Shown piece by piece: positions 1 to 12,880 of a stretch of 64,000 nt of DNA. Source of the DNA: Octopus vulgaris (Eukaryota). The position numbers and the translations under genes are program-made. The stretch is from contig OX597816.1 in assembly GCA_951406725.2 (NCBI GenBank), forward strand, positions 62,062,001 to 62,126,000. The letters are read 5' to 3'. The stretch's first letter is position 1, and each line of letters opens with the position of its first letter. The notes below the pieces were generated by a model. That model saw only the letters and a program-made list of their open reading frames with translations, made no database searches and was not told where the DNA came from.

Positions 1-877
1 GAAATAGATATGAAATTTGGATTAGAAAAATGCGCCAAAGTAACCATGAAAAGAGGAAAACTAGTTAAGAGTAACAACATCACACTAGATAAAACCAATG
101 AAATAAAAGAATTAGACCAAAGCCAAACTTACAAATACTTAGGAATCCATGAACTAGATAAGACACAACACACACAAATGAAAGAGAAAATAAAAAAGAA
201 TATTATAGACGAGTTAGATCAATACTAAAAACAGAGCTCAATGCTAAAAACAAGATAATAGGTATTAACACTTTAGCTGTCCCAGTTATAAGTTACAGCT
301 ACAATATCCTTAACTGGACACTAAATGAACTGACCAAAATAGATAGGAAAACAAGAAAAATAATGACAGGGTCTAGGATGCATCACCCAAAATCTGACAT
401 AGAAAGACTATATATACAACATATAGAAGGTGGTAGAGGCCTTATACAGCTGGAAAACTACTATAAAATAACCACCATAGGACTGCAAAAATATCTACTT
501 CAGAAGGAAGGAAAACTGATACAAATAGCGGCAAAACACGAGCAAAACAAAAAACTGTTCTCGGTATTTAAGGAAGCTGACAAATACAAACAAGAAATCA
601 TACCACCTAACAAATATAAAGAAGAAGAAGAAGAAGAAGAAGAAGATGAAGAAGCAACAAAAGCTATAAAACAAATGAAATCCAAACTAAAACTAGAACA
701 GCAACGGACCATGATAAAACGATGGCAAGAAAAACCCCTCCACGGTAACTACTGGACTAAACTAAATGCAAAAGAAATAGACAAAGAAAAATCCCAGCTA
801 TGGTTGAGAAGCTCAGGACTCAAAGCAGAGACAGAGGGATTTTTAATTGCAGCACAAGACCAAAGCCTCCCCACCAG
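1..877 (+). mobile_element. R4/Dong-type (RLE-clade) non-LTR retrotransposon, RT C-terminal/thumb fragment; one frameshift, 3' part missing
   Basis: ORFs 10-228 and 363-965 join through a frameshift in the A-run at ~191-197: MKFGLEKCA..YKYLG..EYYRRVRSILKTELNAKNKIIGINTLAVPVISYS..MHHPKSDIERLY..GGRGLIQLE..WQEKPLHG..WLRSSGLKAETEGFLIAAQDQSLPT. These motifs are typical of R4/Dong RTs. Similarity stops at ~877, before the CCHC/RLE region. Confidence 0.85.
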
Positions 878-1186
878 TAGAACAACGACACGTGTTTCGT
901 GGCTATATTTAAGAAATGATTATAGTAAAAATATTAGTAGCAGTAGTAGAATCACTTCACTATAAATATATCCCCTCATTATTGTTAAAAATATCTACAA
1001 TAATAAAATAATTAATAATTAAATATACGTAAATAATCTTTTAAAGTATTTTAAGATTTTTTTAATTTTTTATTATTTATTTTAAAAGGTTTTATTTATT
1101 ATTTTGCACATTACTTAATCATCGGTATATTTTTTATCGTATATTTATATATATATATATACAAACACACACATACACACACACAC

Positions 1187-1232
<46 letters not shown>

Positions 1233-1284
1233 CACACACATATATATATGTGTATGTGTGTGTGTGTACATATATATATATATA

Positions 1285-1323
<39 letters not shown>

Positions 1324-3569
1324 GAATGCCCTGTGAGCAAATGCACGAAGCAAGAAAACTGTAACTTAGAAACTTAACTCTGAGAATCTCTGGTTCTTTA
1401 TACCTGACATGTTTATCTCACACTGTGATGTCCACAAATAGACCCAGAGATTTAAAGGGAAATCATAATTCGTTTTATGTTGATTGAATAGTTAGTGAAA
1501 TGCGTAAAATAATACCAAACCAGATTTTGAAATTTTATGTTTACGTATGACGATTCTGAACATTACCGCAATGTATCACAGGTAACTTATCTTGTTATGC
1601 TGCTGAGAGAAATCTTTAAATAGCCATGCTAGTGTGTCACATGTTTTGGTTATAAAAAAAAATTAATGCTATTTCAAGCAAAAAAGTAAAAAGAAACTTT
1701 CAGTACCGTTGGTTCTGTGTTTCATTTACGACTGAATCTAGTTAAAACTAGGTCACGTGCTAAGCCATTCAAACTTGTCATCCTTTGATAGTCATTGATA
1801 ATTGCAGTTAATCGCTTTGTCGACAATCCTACTAGCCTCGTACGTTTCTTAGCTAAGAAACTATAGAAGTTGATTGACACTGTTTTTCTTTATTCTGACA
1901 AGGAATGCATTCATTACCATACTTCTATCTGATAATTTGTCACTATTACTGGAATTTTAAAAACAACACAATTTTTTCTGTAACAGTCACAAAAATATCG
2001 ATTATTTTAAATTGAATGCAAGGTCAAAAATACTGAAGCGATGAAGGAAGTAGGTTTGCCCGAGATTTATAACGATTTCTTAGACATTACCGATGTCTTT
2101 GGGTGAGGAGAAACTGCAAGCTGAAATTGAAAACTGGCTGCGAAATTTGCTCACTAACTACTTCTACTGAAGAAGCAAACATCGTGTTTTTATTCGTTTA
2201 CTTTACACACAACATGTTTACTTTATCCTTCAAAACAAATATTATTTGAAATCTTAAAAATAGATTTTTTTCTCTTATTTTATTCGTGATATGAAAGACA
2301 TCTCGACTAATGAATCTATATTTGTCGTTATATTAAGAAGAAAAAAAAGCGATGTTTGTTTTTAACACTTAATTGAAGCCAACAACGAATTCAATTACAT
2401 TTTCTTCAACAATTATCCAAAATAAAAGTCTAATGATATGAGATTCTTTGTTTTTTTAACAACTCAGTGAAACAAATTAAATCCATTATTGACAAGAATA
2501 ACCTATGAATTTTTTGTTTTTGCAGAAATGAAAAAGGGAATAAAACAAACATAAAACCATATTTGAATTCTAGTGAAGAAATAAGCCGTTTAGCAAGAAT
2601 GGAATGTTTCAGAAATTTCTTTTTTGTTGTTGGATTTTACGTAGAAAATAACATGGGTTTTGCTTCATCTCGCTTTTAATGCTGTTGATGTTGTTTGAAA
2701 TTTTATTGGAATTAATTCGATCATTCTAATGTCAAACTAATAAATAGGTTTTCAGGCAACTAAATTAGATTGAGAAAAATATAGAAAATTGGAAATGACG
2801 AGCGAGATAGGAAGAGTGATGGAAGATAAATATCAGAATGACTTATTTTGACATGCGATAAACATTTCAACGAGATTTTAAAGAAACTTAAATCGTGTTT
2901 AATAACATGCAGTGATTCATATATTGAATATGGATATAACAGATTGTCATTCTTTAATCTATGTATAACTGGCTCTATTAAATCAGATAAACAACTGATT
3001 TCTCAGTACAGAAGACTCTAATGACGTCATTGAAAACTGGGACACATCAAACTAATAAGTCACTGAAGTTGATCAGCATGAAAAATATACCCAATCAATT
3101 ATTAAGTTAGTGTGCGGATGTTCTTATTTTTGCTAATTAACGGCTTGTTATTTATTTGTTATGAATGTATTTATTTTCAATACCCATCAGTGTACATTGA
3201 TATACATTATTTAATAATTATCTGATCACTAAACCAGCAGCTAGAAGGAAGACTATCCTTTACCGAGAAGGGGAAATACTATCGAAATATATCTAAATTT
3301 ATCTCCCATGGTTACCGAAAGGAATGCAATTAACTGATGACTCATTTACACACTCTAGTTATAGTATTGTTAATATTTAAATACACAATACATAAAATAC
3401 GAGAGTGGTTTTTACCGAAATTAATGCAAAGAATGGACATCACTGCATCATTGACTGCTATAGGTCGTTCAAATTGCGCATGATGGTGGGGGTACTTCTC
3501 CCTCTATACTAAATTTTTTTACTGTATTTCTACATCGCAGTCAAATAATAGATACCAATTAGAAACGAT

Positions 3570-4010
3570 GTACGGTCATTGAGGTCTTGATAATGAGAAG
3601 ATCCAGGCTGTCCGACATCCGCGGAAGGTCAGCTGATGCTTACAGAGATGTTGGCAAAAGAGATATGCATATTTGTTTGAAGACATTCAAGGGGGGAAGC
3701 AAGTATTGATGAAAGACCGTGCAGCAGAACATGAAATACGATAACTATCGCGAAATATTTGGGAGAGGACGAAGCAATTTGGGAAGACAGACGAGACATA
3801 ACTCTTAAATTGCGGCCTAGGTGGACTGTTGTAACAATGTATTACAAACAATGGTGGAAGACTGGATATTAGAAAGTGTAAAGTGGATATCTCGGCAATT
3901 CATAATCGACTGAAAGGTGAGAAGGGTGGAAGTCTACTTTGATCTCATGAAAAAGACTATGCAAACAATATTTCCATACTTGGTGAGATAGGATGACACG
4001 TGGGCATATA
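3570..4010 (+). mobile_element. Highly degraded mariner transposase remnant (5' half)
   Basis: Broken-frame motifs FKGG..SIDERPCSR (cf. F..G..S..D.PRSGRP), KWISRQ (cf. WVPR.L) and DDTWAY (cf. GDETWVY). Confidence 0.45.
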
Positions 4011-4014
4011 CTTT

Positions 4015-4838
4015 TTCACTTTTTGTTGTATAAAATGAAGAGCAAACAAAAGTTTTGTATTCAGTTCCTTAGTTGGTCGCTGCATTATTTCTTTGAACAA
4101 CACGTTGCTTCAGTCTATTCAACTGATACGAGTGCATTTTGATATCTCAACGTTGTTGTTCTACTGGAACAGTTGTAGACGAACAAGAGGATGCACCGAA
4201 AATGATCAGCAAAAGTCTATATAGATGCGGTACGCCTCTACGGTTTAAGAATTTTTGGAACCAATTATCAACACAGGAAGTTATGGAGCATGACTAGGGT
4301 GCCATTTTCTTTTATGTTCGGGAAAATGAATGTACAATAAGCAATGAACGGTACATTCACCGTTCTACTCGTATCGGGATCACTAGAATTTCCATGTGTT
4401 GGTCTAATGAAGAACAGTCCTCGGGCACTTGATAAACTATGATAGAAAGTATGCTGCGTAATACCTTTGCATGTTGGAAGAGTTAGTCAAACGTGCAATT
4501 TGAACGGTATATGTCGGTTAATAAATAAAGGTTATGCTCACAATTGCATTACTTTTGGTATAACCCTCCCCTGATAACACATAGCTGTAATAAACTCACC
4601 ACAATCTAAATACATGCATATAAAGTAATTTCTAAATAAAACTGAAATACTCTTCCACTTTTTGTTGTATAAAATGAAGAGCGAACAAAATGTCGCTGCA
4701 TAGTTTATTTGAACATCACGTTGCTTAAGTCTATTCAAGTGATACGAATGCATTTTGCTATCCCATCGTTGTTCTACTGGATCAGTTTGTAAACGAACAA
4801 AAGGATGCACCGAAAATAAGCAGCGAAAGTATGGTAGA
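4015..4838 (+). repeat. Diverged ~200-bp direct repeat pair (4015-4225 and 4653-4838)
   Basis: Both copies read cacttttttgttgtataaaatgaagagc..aacaaaa..gtcgctgcat..ttgaaca.cacgttgctt.agtctattcaa.tgatacga.tgcatttt..gttgttctactgga.cag..tgta.acgaacaa.aggatgcaccgaaaat. Confidence 0.85.
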
Positions 4839-5396
4839 GAGTGACAAGTCATCTGGAATTCCAAATGACAACCGTGATTTTAGTAGTTTAGTCGAATATG
4901 AAGGATAATATTTGAAACTGCATTATTGGAATGTATAAAGCATCAGCTTCTAAAAGCAAATCGCTCTGTTCTTGGAAATGCATTCGACAATAACTCCGCT
5001 GAGACAGAGTGCAACTCTCTGAACTGTAAATAAGCGAGGATATTATATTACATATAGCGTCACAGATCTCATTAAGAGATTTCATTTATTTCTATTTGTA
5101 CTTGATATTATTTTATGTTTAGTTTTTTTTTTTAAGTTTAGACAATCAAGCAATTATTCCTACCATTGAACACATGTTTACGGTTGCTGCATTGTTGCTA
5201 TCGCTGCTGCTGTTTGATTTGAGGTAAGGATTGCTTCACCACACCTATAATCAAAGATGTTCTAGTCGTGGCCATTTAGTTATTTTCAAACACGCATTGC
5301 ACTCACGATCACCTTCTCCAAACTCTTCCTTTCTAAGATGGTAAAGCTGGATCCCCCCCTCCCATATAGACTTCATTGTTGGCTCGTCATATTTAC

Positions 5397-5600
5397 CGTT
5401 CACTTTTACATGATTATTGTCAGCAAAACGGTCTCTGTGAAATTTTATATGCATGCTGTACTGACACAAACAATGTTTAATGGTATCAAGAATCGAGTAG
5501 CTGTGCATCCCTAGAGGCATCAATATATCTTCCATATATTTAGACCCAAATTTATCACTGTCAAGAACTACGTGATTATTGTGATCAGCAATCTGTGCAT
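5397..5600 (-). CDS. Candidate internal exon (204 nt, phase 1-1), unknown product
   Basis: Minus-strand acceptor ttcttttaag|, open frame DAQIADHNNHVVLDSDKFG..FADNNHVKVN and donor G|gtaaat. No recognisable domain. Confidence 0.25.
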
Positions 5601-6579
5601 CTTAAAAGAAATCACGTACAGATGTTTACATAAATTGACAATCTTGTTTTCACCGAACGTTAACCTATTTATCAGAAGACTATGACGCCATTTTGAAAGC
5701 ATTACATAAATAAAACTGTTCTCAAGGGATATACAAGTAGAATACTCAACACGATAATCTCTTACAGGATATGTTTTGACATTTTGAAAACTTTACAGAT
5801 TACATCAGCCATTTTATATTTTTTGCTACTTATACTCGTTCTTACCAGACAAATTCTCAGAGACAATAAATCTTAATAAATATTCTTCTGTAAATTACTT
5901 TGGGTTTCCAGTATGGGAAGCTGAACTTACTTCCACCGTTGATTCGAAACTTTAAAAGTTAACATAATACGCTTAGCGTAAGTAACATGAATTATGAAAA
6001 CGAAAAGGAAAAAATGTAATAAAATGCACTATACTGAAGGATGTTGGGGTTTATATAATCTTTGACGCTCACCTGGATATTTTTAAATATATGGTTATAA
6101 TATTTTCCTGTTCACAACCTTCCTATAGGAGTGAATCGATAATTCTTGTCAGGAAATGTATTTTATATTTATGATTCACGCTTGTCTGCATCTACAGCCT
6201 GATTTTACACAATTCTTCATTTTGATATTTTCTGTTACTGTAATTTGCTATTTGGTATCAGTCCTGAAGTGACTTGACATGATTATTCCAAGTTATTCAT
6301 GTGAGGAATTCTAAAAAGTTGGATTAAGTTGATGTGACAGGATGGTCACTTAACGAAAATGTTAGGTGAAACTATTGGTATGGATTGCTAAATATTGTAT
6401 TAATATTCAAATCTAACACATTCGTGGAGTTCCTTGTTCAGTGGAGCTTTCAGTGACAGGTAGAATTTTAATCTCTTCCTGAGTTCCGATAGGAAAATGC
6501 CAAGAGTTTAAGATTATGTCGCGAAGTATTTGCTGTCCACTTCAGAAATAGATTTGCTTTAATTAAATATTCAATAATT

Positions 6580-7157
6580 ACAAGGTGCATTCCAGAAGTT
6601 TTTAGACTTTTCCAGGAGAGATATTTATTAATTTTAGAGAAGTACAAAACTTTAATTTTTTCCAAACTAGGATCATCTGACATTAATATACTTGTTGTAG
6701 CGCTCCAGCCACTCCGTGAAGGCTTCAAACTGAAGTTGTCCGAGACCTGTTATCCTTCAAATTAAAGTTGTCCGGGACTAGTCACAACCGTCTTCACCTC
6801 CTTCAGCTTGTGGAGCAACCAGAAGTCACAAAAAGCAAGGTTTTAAGTATAGGGAGAGTGAAGGGCAGTTTAGATACCCATGTCTGTCGAGTAGTTGGAT
6901 ACCTGGACAGGATGGAAATTAAGTTTGGTGTATTATCTTGGTGCTGGTGTCACTGACTCGAGGGGAAGAACTTCTGAGTTTTGCTTCGAAATGTCCTGCT
7001 GAACTCCATTTCCATAAAGTACTCTTTGTCAATCGTAGGCCAAAAGGGAACCCACTGAATTTAGATGATGGAGTTGAAAAAGGGGAATCATCATGAAATT
7101 GCCGGTGGACGTATCTTGCATGACTCTCTTTGGTCTGTGGGAACCAGGATGCTTCCG
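6580..7157 (-). mobile_element. Degraded mariner element, 3' half with TIR remnant
   Basis: Minus-strand motifs WKHPGSHRPK, HQDNTP and PYT*NLAFCDFWLLHKLK (cf. PYSPDLAPCDFWLFPKLK). TA-CAAGGTGCATTCCAGAAGT TIR-like end at ~6580. Confidence 0.75.
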
Positions 7158-7164
7158 TAAATCC

Positions 7165-7251
7165 TATGCCCACGGGTTAATGGCGTAGTGGTTAAGAGCG
7201 CGGCCTACTAACCCCAAGGTTCCGAGTTCGATTCCAGGCAGTGACCTGAAA

Positions 7252-7337
<86 letters not shown>

Positions 7338-7534
7338 CAAAAACAACAACAACAACAACAACATCGGAAAATACCTTAGGAATGAGAACCCAGATTAGAA
7401 ATTTCCCCAAGACACCCGAAGAAGGCTGGAGGGTATATCAGCCGAAACGTTGTTTTAACAACAAACAAGATGAATATAAAAATCCGTCAAATGTAAATAA
7501 TGTACATATTCCTCATCTCTTAAATATAGAACTG
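7165..7534 (+). mobile_element. tRNA-headed, hammerhead-bearing SINE-like element, copy A
   Basis: A box TGGCGTAGTGG (7181), B box GAGTTCGATTCC (7224), (AAT)n/(AAC)n spacer, then a hammerhead-like motif at 7411-7456 with a mutated core (CCGAAGA). Homologous to the copies at 25.1-25.9 kb. Confidence 0.8.
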
Positions 7535-7619
7535 TATTCAAAATGCTGTTACATTCGTTTATTTCAGTCTGGAGTAAAGATAATTTGGCAGGTCAGCTTA
7601 TTAAATGCATAGTAAGGGT

Positions 7620-8200
7620 TTACTAAAATTGCAATAACGTAGAACAGTTATAACTGTCTCTCGTAAAAAAAAGGTATCAAAACTTCTGGAATGCACATCG
7701 GATGGGTGCCTAAATTTCTTGGCGTTCAGAATGGAAGAATCTAAAATTTCGGACTAAATTGCCAGATAGAAGTGCAACAAAATGAAATGAAAGTGTTGAA
7801 TATTAGGTTCTGGAAGTAAGTGAGGAAATGGTTTCAGCGAAGAGAGATGAAGAAAGTGTTGCGCAGGATGAGGTTTCAGAGGGAAAGATTGTTGCCATGA
7901 GTCGCTAACACGAGGAATAAAAATGGAATGAGTTAATTAGCGTGTGGGAGATTGGTTGGTGAGGACTGGTATGCAAGGAGGCCTATACAGTCTGGCTGGC
8001 AATATACTGAATTTAACTAGTAGAGGATATAATATACCCACGGTTATAAATGCTCATATAAACAAATCAGGCAAGTGCGCATGGCATAGAAAGACATGGA
8101 GATGAGAGACAGGAAAGAAGAAGGGGAAGAGTTTGGTGTTCCTACCACTAGAAGCTGCCATTTCTGTTTTCTCGTTGGTGAGGGATCAGAAGATTTCAAC
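7620..8200 (-). mobile_element. Possible ancient CR1/L2-type LINE remnant
   Basis: Scattered minus-strand motifs LYRPP (APE-like IYRPP) and PRNLG (RT-like RNLGV). No continuous frame. Confidence 0.3.
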
Positions 8201-10337
8201 TGTCTATTTATTAAGCTAAACTAAAAAAATATTCATGGTATCAGTGTTCAGTGTTCAGAAAGAAATAGTGATCGTGAGAAAGAGAGTAGGATAGAGAGAG
8301 AGAGAGAGAGAGAGAGTGAGAGAAGGAGAGAGTGTGTGTGAGAGAGAGAGTCTTATATCAACGAAGAGTTTATAATTGTACGACCTTTTAGAAAAAGCTA
8401 TATATATATATACATTGGGTATTGTATCTAAGATAAGCCACACTCGAAAAGGAAAAAGGATGGGATGATCATAGGCGAAATGCTTTTGATCATGTCGAAT
8501 CTATCGGATAAACAATCTATCGACTGTAGATTCTTCTGTTTAAACCACTAATTATTTATATACACCGCATATATTTACATTGTATAAAATTTATTTCTGA
8601 TCTCATTTTCTTATCAGTGATGTTTAATCCACTCAGTTTCTAGTTTCTTGTTACACATTTAAGTATAGCTTTCAAAAATTGTTTTGTTTTATTATATTTT
8701 TTCAAATAGATCGGGACCCACAAGAGAAAAACATGATGATGTTCGAACATCTGGTACCGATATCTTTCTAATCGGCAATTGCATTTCATATGCAATAAAA
8801 AATATTATTTGGTGTTTTTGTGTATAAATTTCACATTTTCACCAATATTTGGTTATGTGATAATTACTTGTTTCATCCGAGTTTGGTGAATTTCAGAACA
8901 TTTTCAACAATATTTATATACACTTATCAAAAGCCTATGCTGTTTTTAGTGTTAGTCAATTCATAAGTTAAGAAAATATATGTCTCCGTCTAAAACTATA
9001 GTAAGGCCTCGTTACATTTCATTTATGTATTTGGGTCATTTCAAGCTATAATATATGAAATGAACTAAGACTCATTGTCAAACTTTCTAATATGTTAAAA
9101 TGAAGGCATTAAAGCTTCCATATTATACTGTTATGCTTTTAACTCTAAAAGACAAGCGTAACTATTGGACGCATTTCCACGTTTTGGTGAAAGCACATTG
9201 CTAAAATTTCCTGTTACACAAACTGAAAAGACTGCAAGGTTTAATTTGTAAACTATTCCATCATACCAACTATCTGAAGAATATCAGGCAACAGTGAGCG
9301 TGACTGCTTCAGATATTGTTGATAATTCGTCGAACAAAACCAAGCAAACGAAGTTACAACTTCATTAAAAACCTATATTTTGTTTATTTCCGACCTTAAT
9401 TATAAAACTCTGCAGTGGAAATAGCCTTGAGAACATTTCATGAACAAATTAATCTTCTCTCCAATGAGCTACTCCATTCCCTATTGTTTTCGGATGGCTG
9501 AAATATTCCCCCTCCTTGCCTAAAGGACGAGATACATAATTAAATATCAACGAAGAGAGATAGTCTGATTGTTAAATTCCAGTGAAATGACAATGTACTG
9601 GTAAAAGAGAAATGTTAGTTTGATAGTTAAATAACAATAAAGACGCTTCTATATAAAAGTGGCTAACAAATTTGGCTGTTCAATGGGAAAAGGAAATAGA
9701 TAAGGCGAGGCGATTCTTGTAGGAAATAGTGCAGAGAAATCTATTAGTTAAAGTTATACACAATATATAATCAAAATAATTTGGCTTCTATTATTTGTTC
9801 TTTTTCTGTTGCTGTCGTTGTCTTACGTGTGCTGATTCAATCAACCCATTTTAGATTTAGCACTTGAACAACTGTTGAGTAAATTGTCCCCATTTATTTG
9901 TCCCTTTGATTTGGGCACTAAACGAAATCTTCATTCACGTGGAGATATCATAAGTAAAGCAACAGCATACATTTTTTTATCGTTTTACTCATTGGAGGAA
10001 GAGTAAAGCCCACGATCTTTTGTAAAGCAGTAGACACATGTAGAAATATTAAGAAGAGAGGCAGAATCCACTACATCAGTAACTGAATAAGAAATAACAC
10101 GTCAATATATTGAAAACACTTAAGCTAGTTTTGCTTGCATGAGAAAAGAAAGCATTAACGTACAAAAACAGAGAAGCGGTGTTCCCCAGGGTTTTATAAA
10201 GTGGTAGCATAAGTAGAGTGTCTGACAATTTACATTTATTTCAATTCTATGTTCATGTCCAAGGGTTGAATTTACTTTACACCTTCTCAGGTAAATCAAA
10301 TACACGGGTTGATGAGATCGATTACAGTCCATACCAC

Positions 10338-10435
10338 AGGTGTGACAGTGTGGTAAGAAGTTTGCTTGCGAACCACATGGATTCGGGCTCCGTCCCACTG
10401 TGTAGCACCTTGGGTAAGTGTTTTCTACTATAACC
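10338..10435 (+). mobile_element. 5' fragment of major tRNA-derived SINE family S1
   Basis: Matches the head of the full copies (gtgtggtaagaagtttgctt..aaccacatgg..gtcccactg.gt.gcaccttggg.aagtgt.ttctactata). Confidence 0.75.
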
Positions 10436-10439
10436 TTCT

Positions 10440-11698
10440 CGATACGTTGGGTAAAACATTTCCTGGTATATATTTCACCATTTACAAAGATGATGCTCCA
10501 GCTTTAACCACAAACGCCAATGGACATGCAGAAGATCGGTTTAGGAAGGACATTATCCAAATGATGAAGACATTCGATCTTAGCATAACAATAGATACCA
10601 ACCTGACGGTTGTCAATTACCTAGATCAGTGCTTTTCAACCTTTTTGCTGGAGCGGAACCCCAAAAAAACATTTCACTGGCTCGAGAAACCCCTGTGCAA
10701 TAATTTGTCTTCTATCTGCACAGTAGAATTAAAAATTACTGTCGACAGCCATTTTTGTAACTTCTTGCGGAACCCCTGGACTGTACTGGTGGAAACCTAA
10801 GGTTCCGCGGAACCCTGGTTGAAAACCACTGACCTAGATGTATCTTTAGATTTAAATAAGAATACTTACAAACCCTATACAAATCCCAACGATAGACTTA
10901 GCTATGTTAATGTAGTTTCCTGCTATCACCCCAAGTATTTAATAATTTAGTTAAAAACATTAGCAAGCGTGTTTCTAGCCTCTCCTCAAATATAGACATT
11001 TTTAATAGTGTTTCCCCATTATATAATAAAGCTCTGAAAGATAGTGGTTTTAGCGAGGAAATAACCTATATACCTGTTATTAGTCCAGTAAGAAAGGAAA
11101 AGAAAAATAGGAATAGGAAAATTATCTGGTTCACACCACCTTACTCCCTCGAAGTGACCTTTAATATAGGTAGATATTTCTTATCATTTATAGATAGGCA
11201 ATTTCCAATCAATCATAATTATAGAAAGCTCTTTAATAGGCACAACTTAAAAATTAGTTATAGTTTTACTTCTAACTTTAAAAATATTGTTGCACACAAT
11301 AAACAAAAACAACAAAATGAAGCCGGCTGTTCATGCTGAGTTAAAACATTTGTGCCCGCTAAATGGAGCTTGTATGATCGGGGCCATCATTTATGAAACC
11401 ACCATAGACACTACAACCACTAAGGACATAGCTTTGTCAAAGAAATATGTGGGTCTCACAGAGGGAAATTTTAAAGCCAGGTTCAACAATCACACTTTAA
11501 GCTTCAGACACCGGGATCAAAGGAAAACAACCAAGTTATCCAGTTATATATGGTCCTTAAAAGAAGAAGGTGTCAGCTATAAGATTCACTGGAAGATCTT
11601 GACCAAGTTTAAGCCTTACACCAACGGCAGTGGAAATTGCAGTCTTTGCGAGATTGAAAGATGACTCATCTGGAAAAATTACCGAAACAAATACCTCA
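10440..11698 (+). mobile_element. Penelope-like element (RT thumb + GIY-YIG endonuclease), Naiad-like, degraded and interrupted by a MITE
   Basis: YKDD (RT YxDD), VNYLDV, IIWFTPPYS, KLFNRHNLKISYS, CSC-x5-CPLNGAC (after correcting a frameshift), IIYE..YVGLT..FKARFNNH..SF and LSSYIWSLK..W..CSLC. Confidence 0.85.
10627..10831. mobile_element. hAT-superfamily MITE (205 bp) with 8-bp TSD
   Basis: TIRs CAGTGCTTTTCAACC / GGTTGAAAACCACTG (1 mismatch in 15). Perfect TSD ACCTAGAT at 10619-10626 and 10832-10839. Removing it restores the PLE frame NYLDVSLDL. Confidence 0.95.
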
Positions 11699-11699
11699 A

Positions 11700-11940
11700 G
11701 ACATTCAGTTTGGCTCTTTTGCAATTCCACAATCACATTCACCATGATGGTGCGCATGCGTATGCATTTTTGGCAACAAACGTGACAGGCAATTTGGGCA
11801 GGCTAGATATCCTTTATCTCCTGTCCAAGCAGGATCTGATATCTTCCAGCTTCTTTCTGTTCAGTTCAACGAAGCACAGTCTTCGGGAGAGCGATTTGAT
11901 AATTCTTCAATAGACAGCCAACGTGATCTTCCACAGGCCT
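11700..11940 (-). mobile_element. Possible RTE-type LINE 3' end remnant
   Basis: Minus-strand ACGRSRW..CPNC..H pattern resembles the RTE C-terminus (A.DR..W..CP.C..H). It truncates the PLE. Confidence 0.4.
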
Positions 11941-12342
11941 AACAAGTAGCAAAATTATATATAAAAAAAATAATAATACAAGGCAAAATTCTGTGATACA
12001 TAAATGTACGTATGAGATATTGACATACTGGAAATATCGGTCCTCATCTAACCATCAGAGTTAATCCTTTTGCCTGTCCAAAGTGTTTTCATAACTTCGT
12101 CCTAAACGTCCAAGGTTCACTTCATACATTTAAATAGCTCTTGTTTCAAATGTTTTGAGTAATGTAAAGCCTTCTCTTCATAAGTCTCACATTCCCTTGG
12201 TAAACAGAAGCAACATCACTCAAATAACAAGCGAGGTTATACAAAAGGAAAAAAGACAAACCGGTAATACAATCTTAGAAAATTTATGCTGCAAAAATAT
12301 TGCAGTGTCTAGGGTTAAAATATCTTTGATTAGACTTAATAG

Positions 12343-12848
12343 GAACTGGCCACCATCACAGCTACTACAACCACAACGACGACGACGACAATGGCGATGA
12401 CCAGCACCAGCAGCAGCCGTCCAAGAATTTGGGCCTGGAGATCTCCATTTCCAGCGACTCCGAGGGCCAGCTCCCAGTGGTGTCGGGCGTCAACGAAGAG
12501 GCCTCGACTACAAGACGACCAAAGTTATTTTTTTTTCTTTCTTCCAAGGTCTGGGGGTCTCCTGCCCCTAAGCCCTAGACCATCACCTAATCACCCTTAC
12601 CCGTCTTGTTGCTTAACAACAACAACAACAACCACAACAGCACTAGCAGCAGCAGCAAAATCAACACCACCACCACCACCACCACCATCACCACCACAAC
12701 CATCCCCATCACCACCACCACCACCACAACCATTACCACCATAACCATCCCCATCACCACCACAACCACCACTACCACCACCACCAACAACACCACCACC
12801 AACTCCACCACCACCACCACCACCACAACCACCACCGCCACCACCACC

Positions 12849-12880
<32 letters not shown>

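Noticed and set aside
1111-1353. Numerous YI/HT/CV/YLSI-repeat ORFs here and throughout the window
   Set aside because: Artefacts of (TA)n, (CA)n, (TATG)n and (TCTA)n microsatellites.
7174-7240. tRNA genes at the various A/B-box heads (also 25617, 51210, 58429, 59478)
   Set aside because: Acceptor stems do not close, and each continues into a repeated SINE body.
9160-9368. Cadherin/Ig-like peptide FPRFGES..EEYQATVSVTASD
   Set aside because: In-frame stop, motif spacing too short for a cadherin repeat, and no convincing splice sites.
11337-11664. In-frame TGA codons beside Cys motifs in the Naiad-like PLE (possible selenocysteine)
   Set aside because: Neither TGA replaces a motif Cys. The first sits at the usual Arg position (CGA>TGA decay), the copy has frameshifts, and no SECIS can be assessed because the 3' end is lost.
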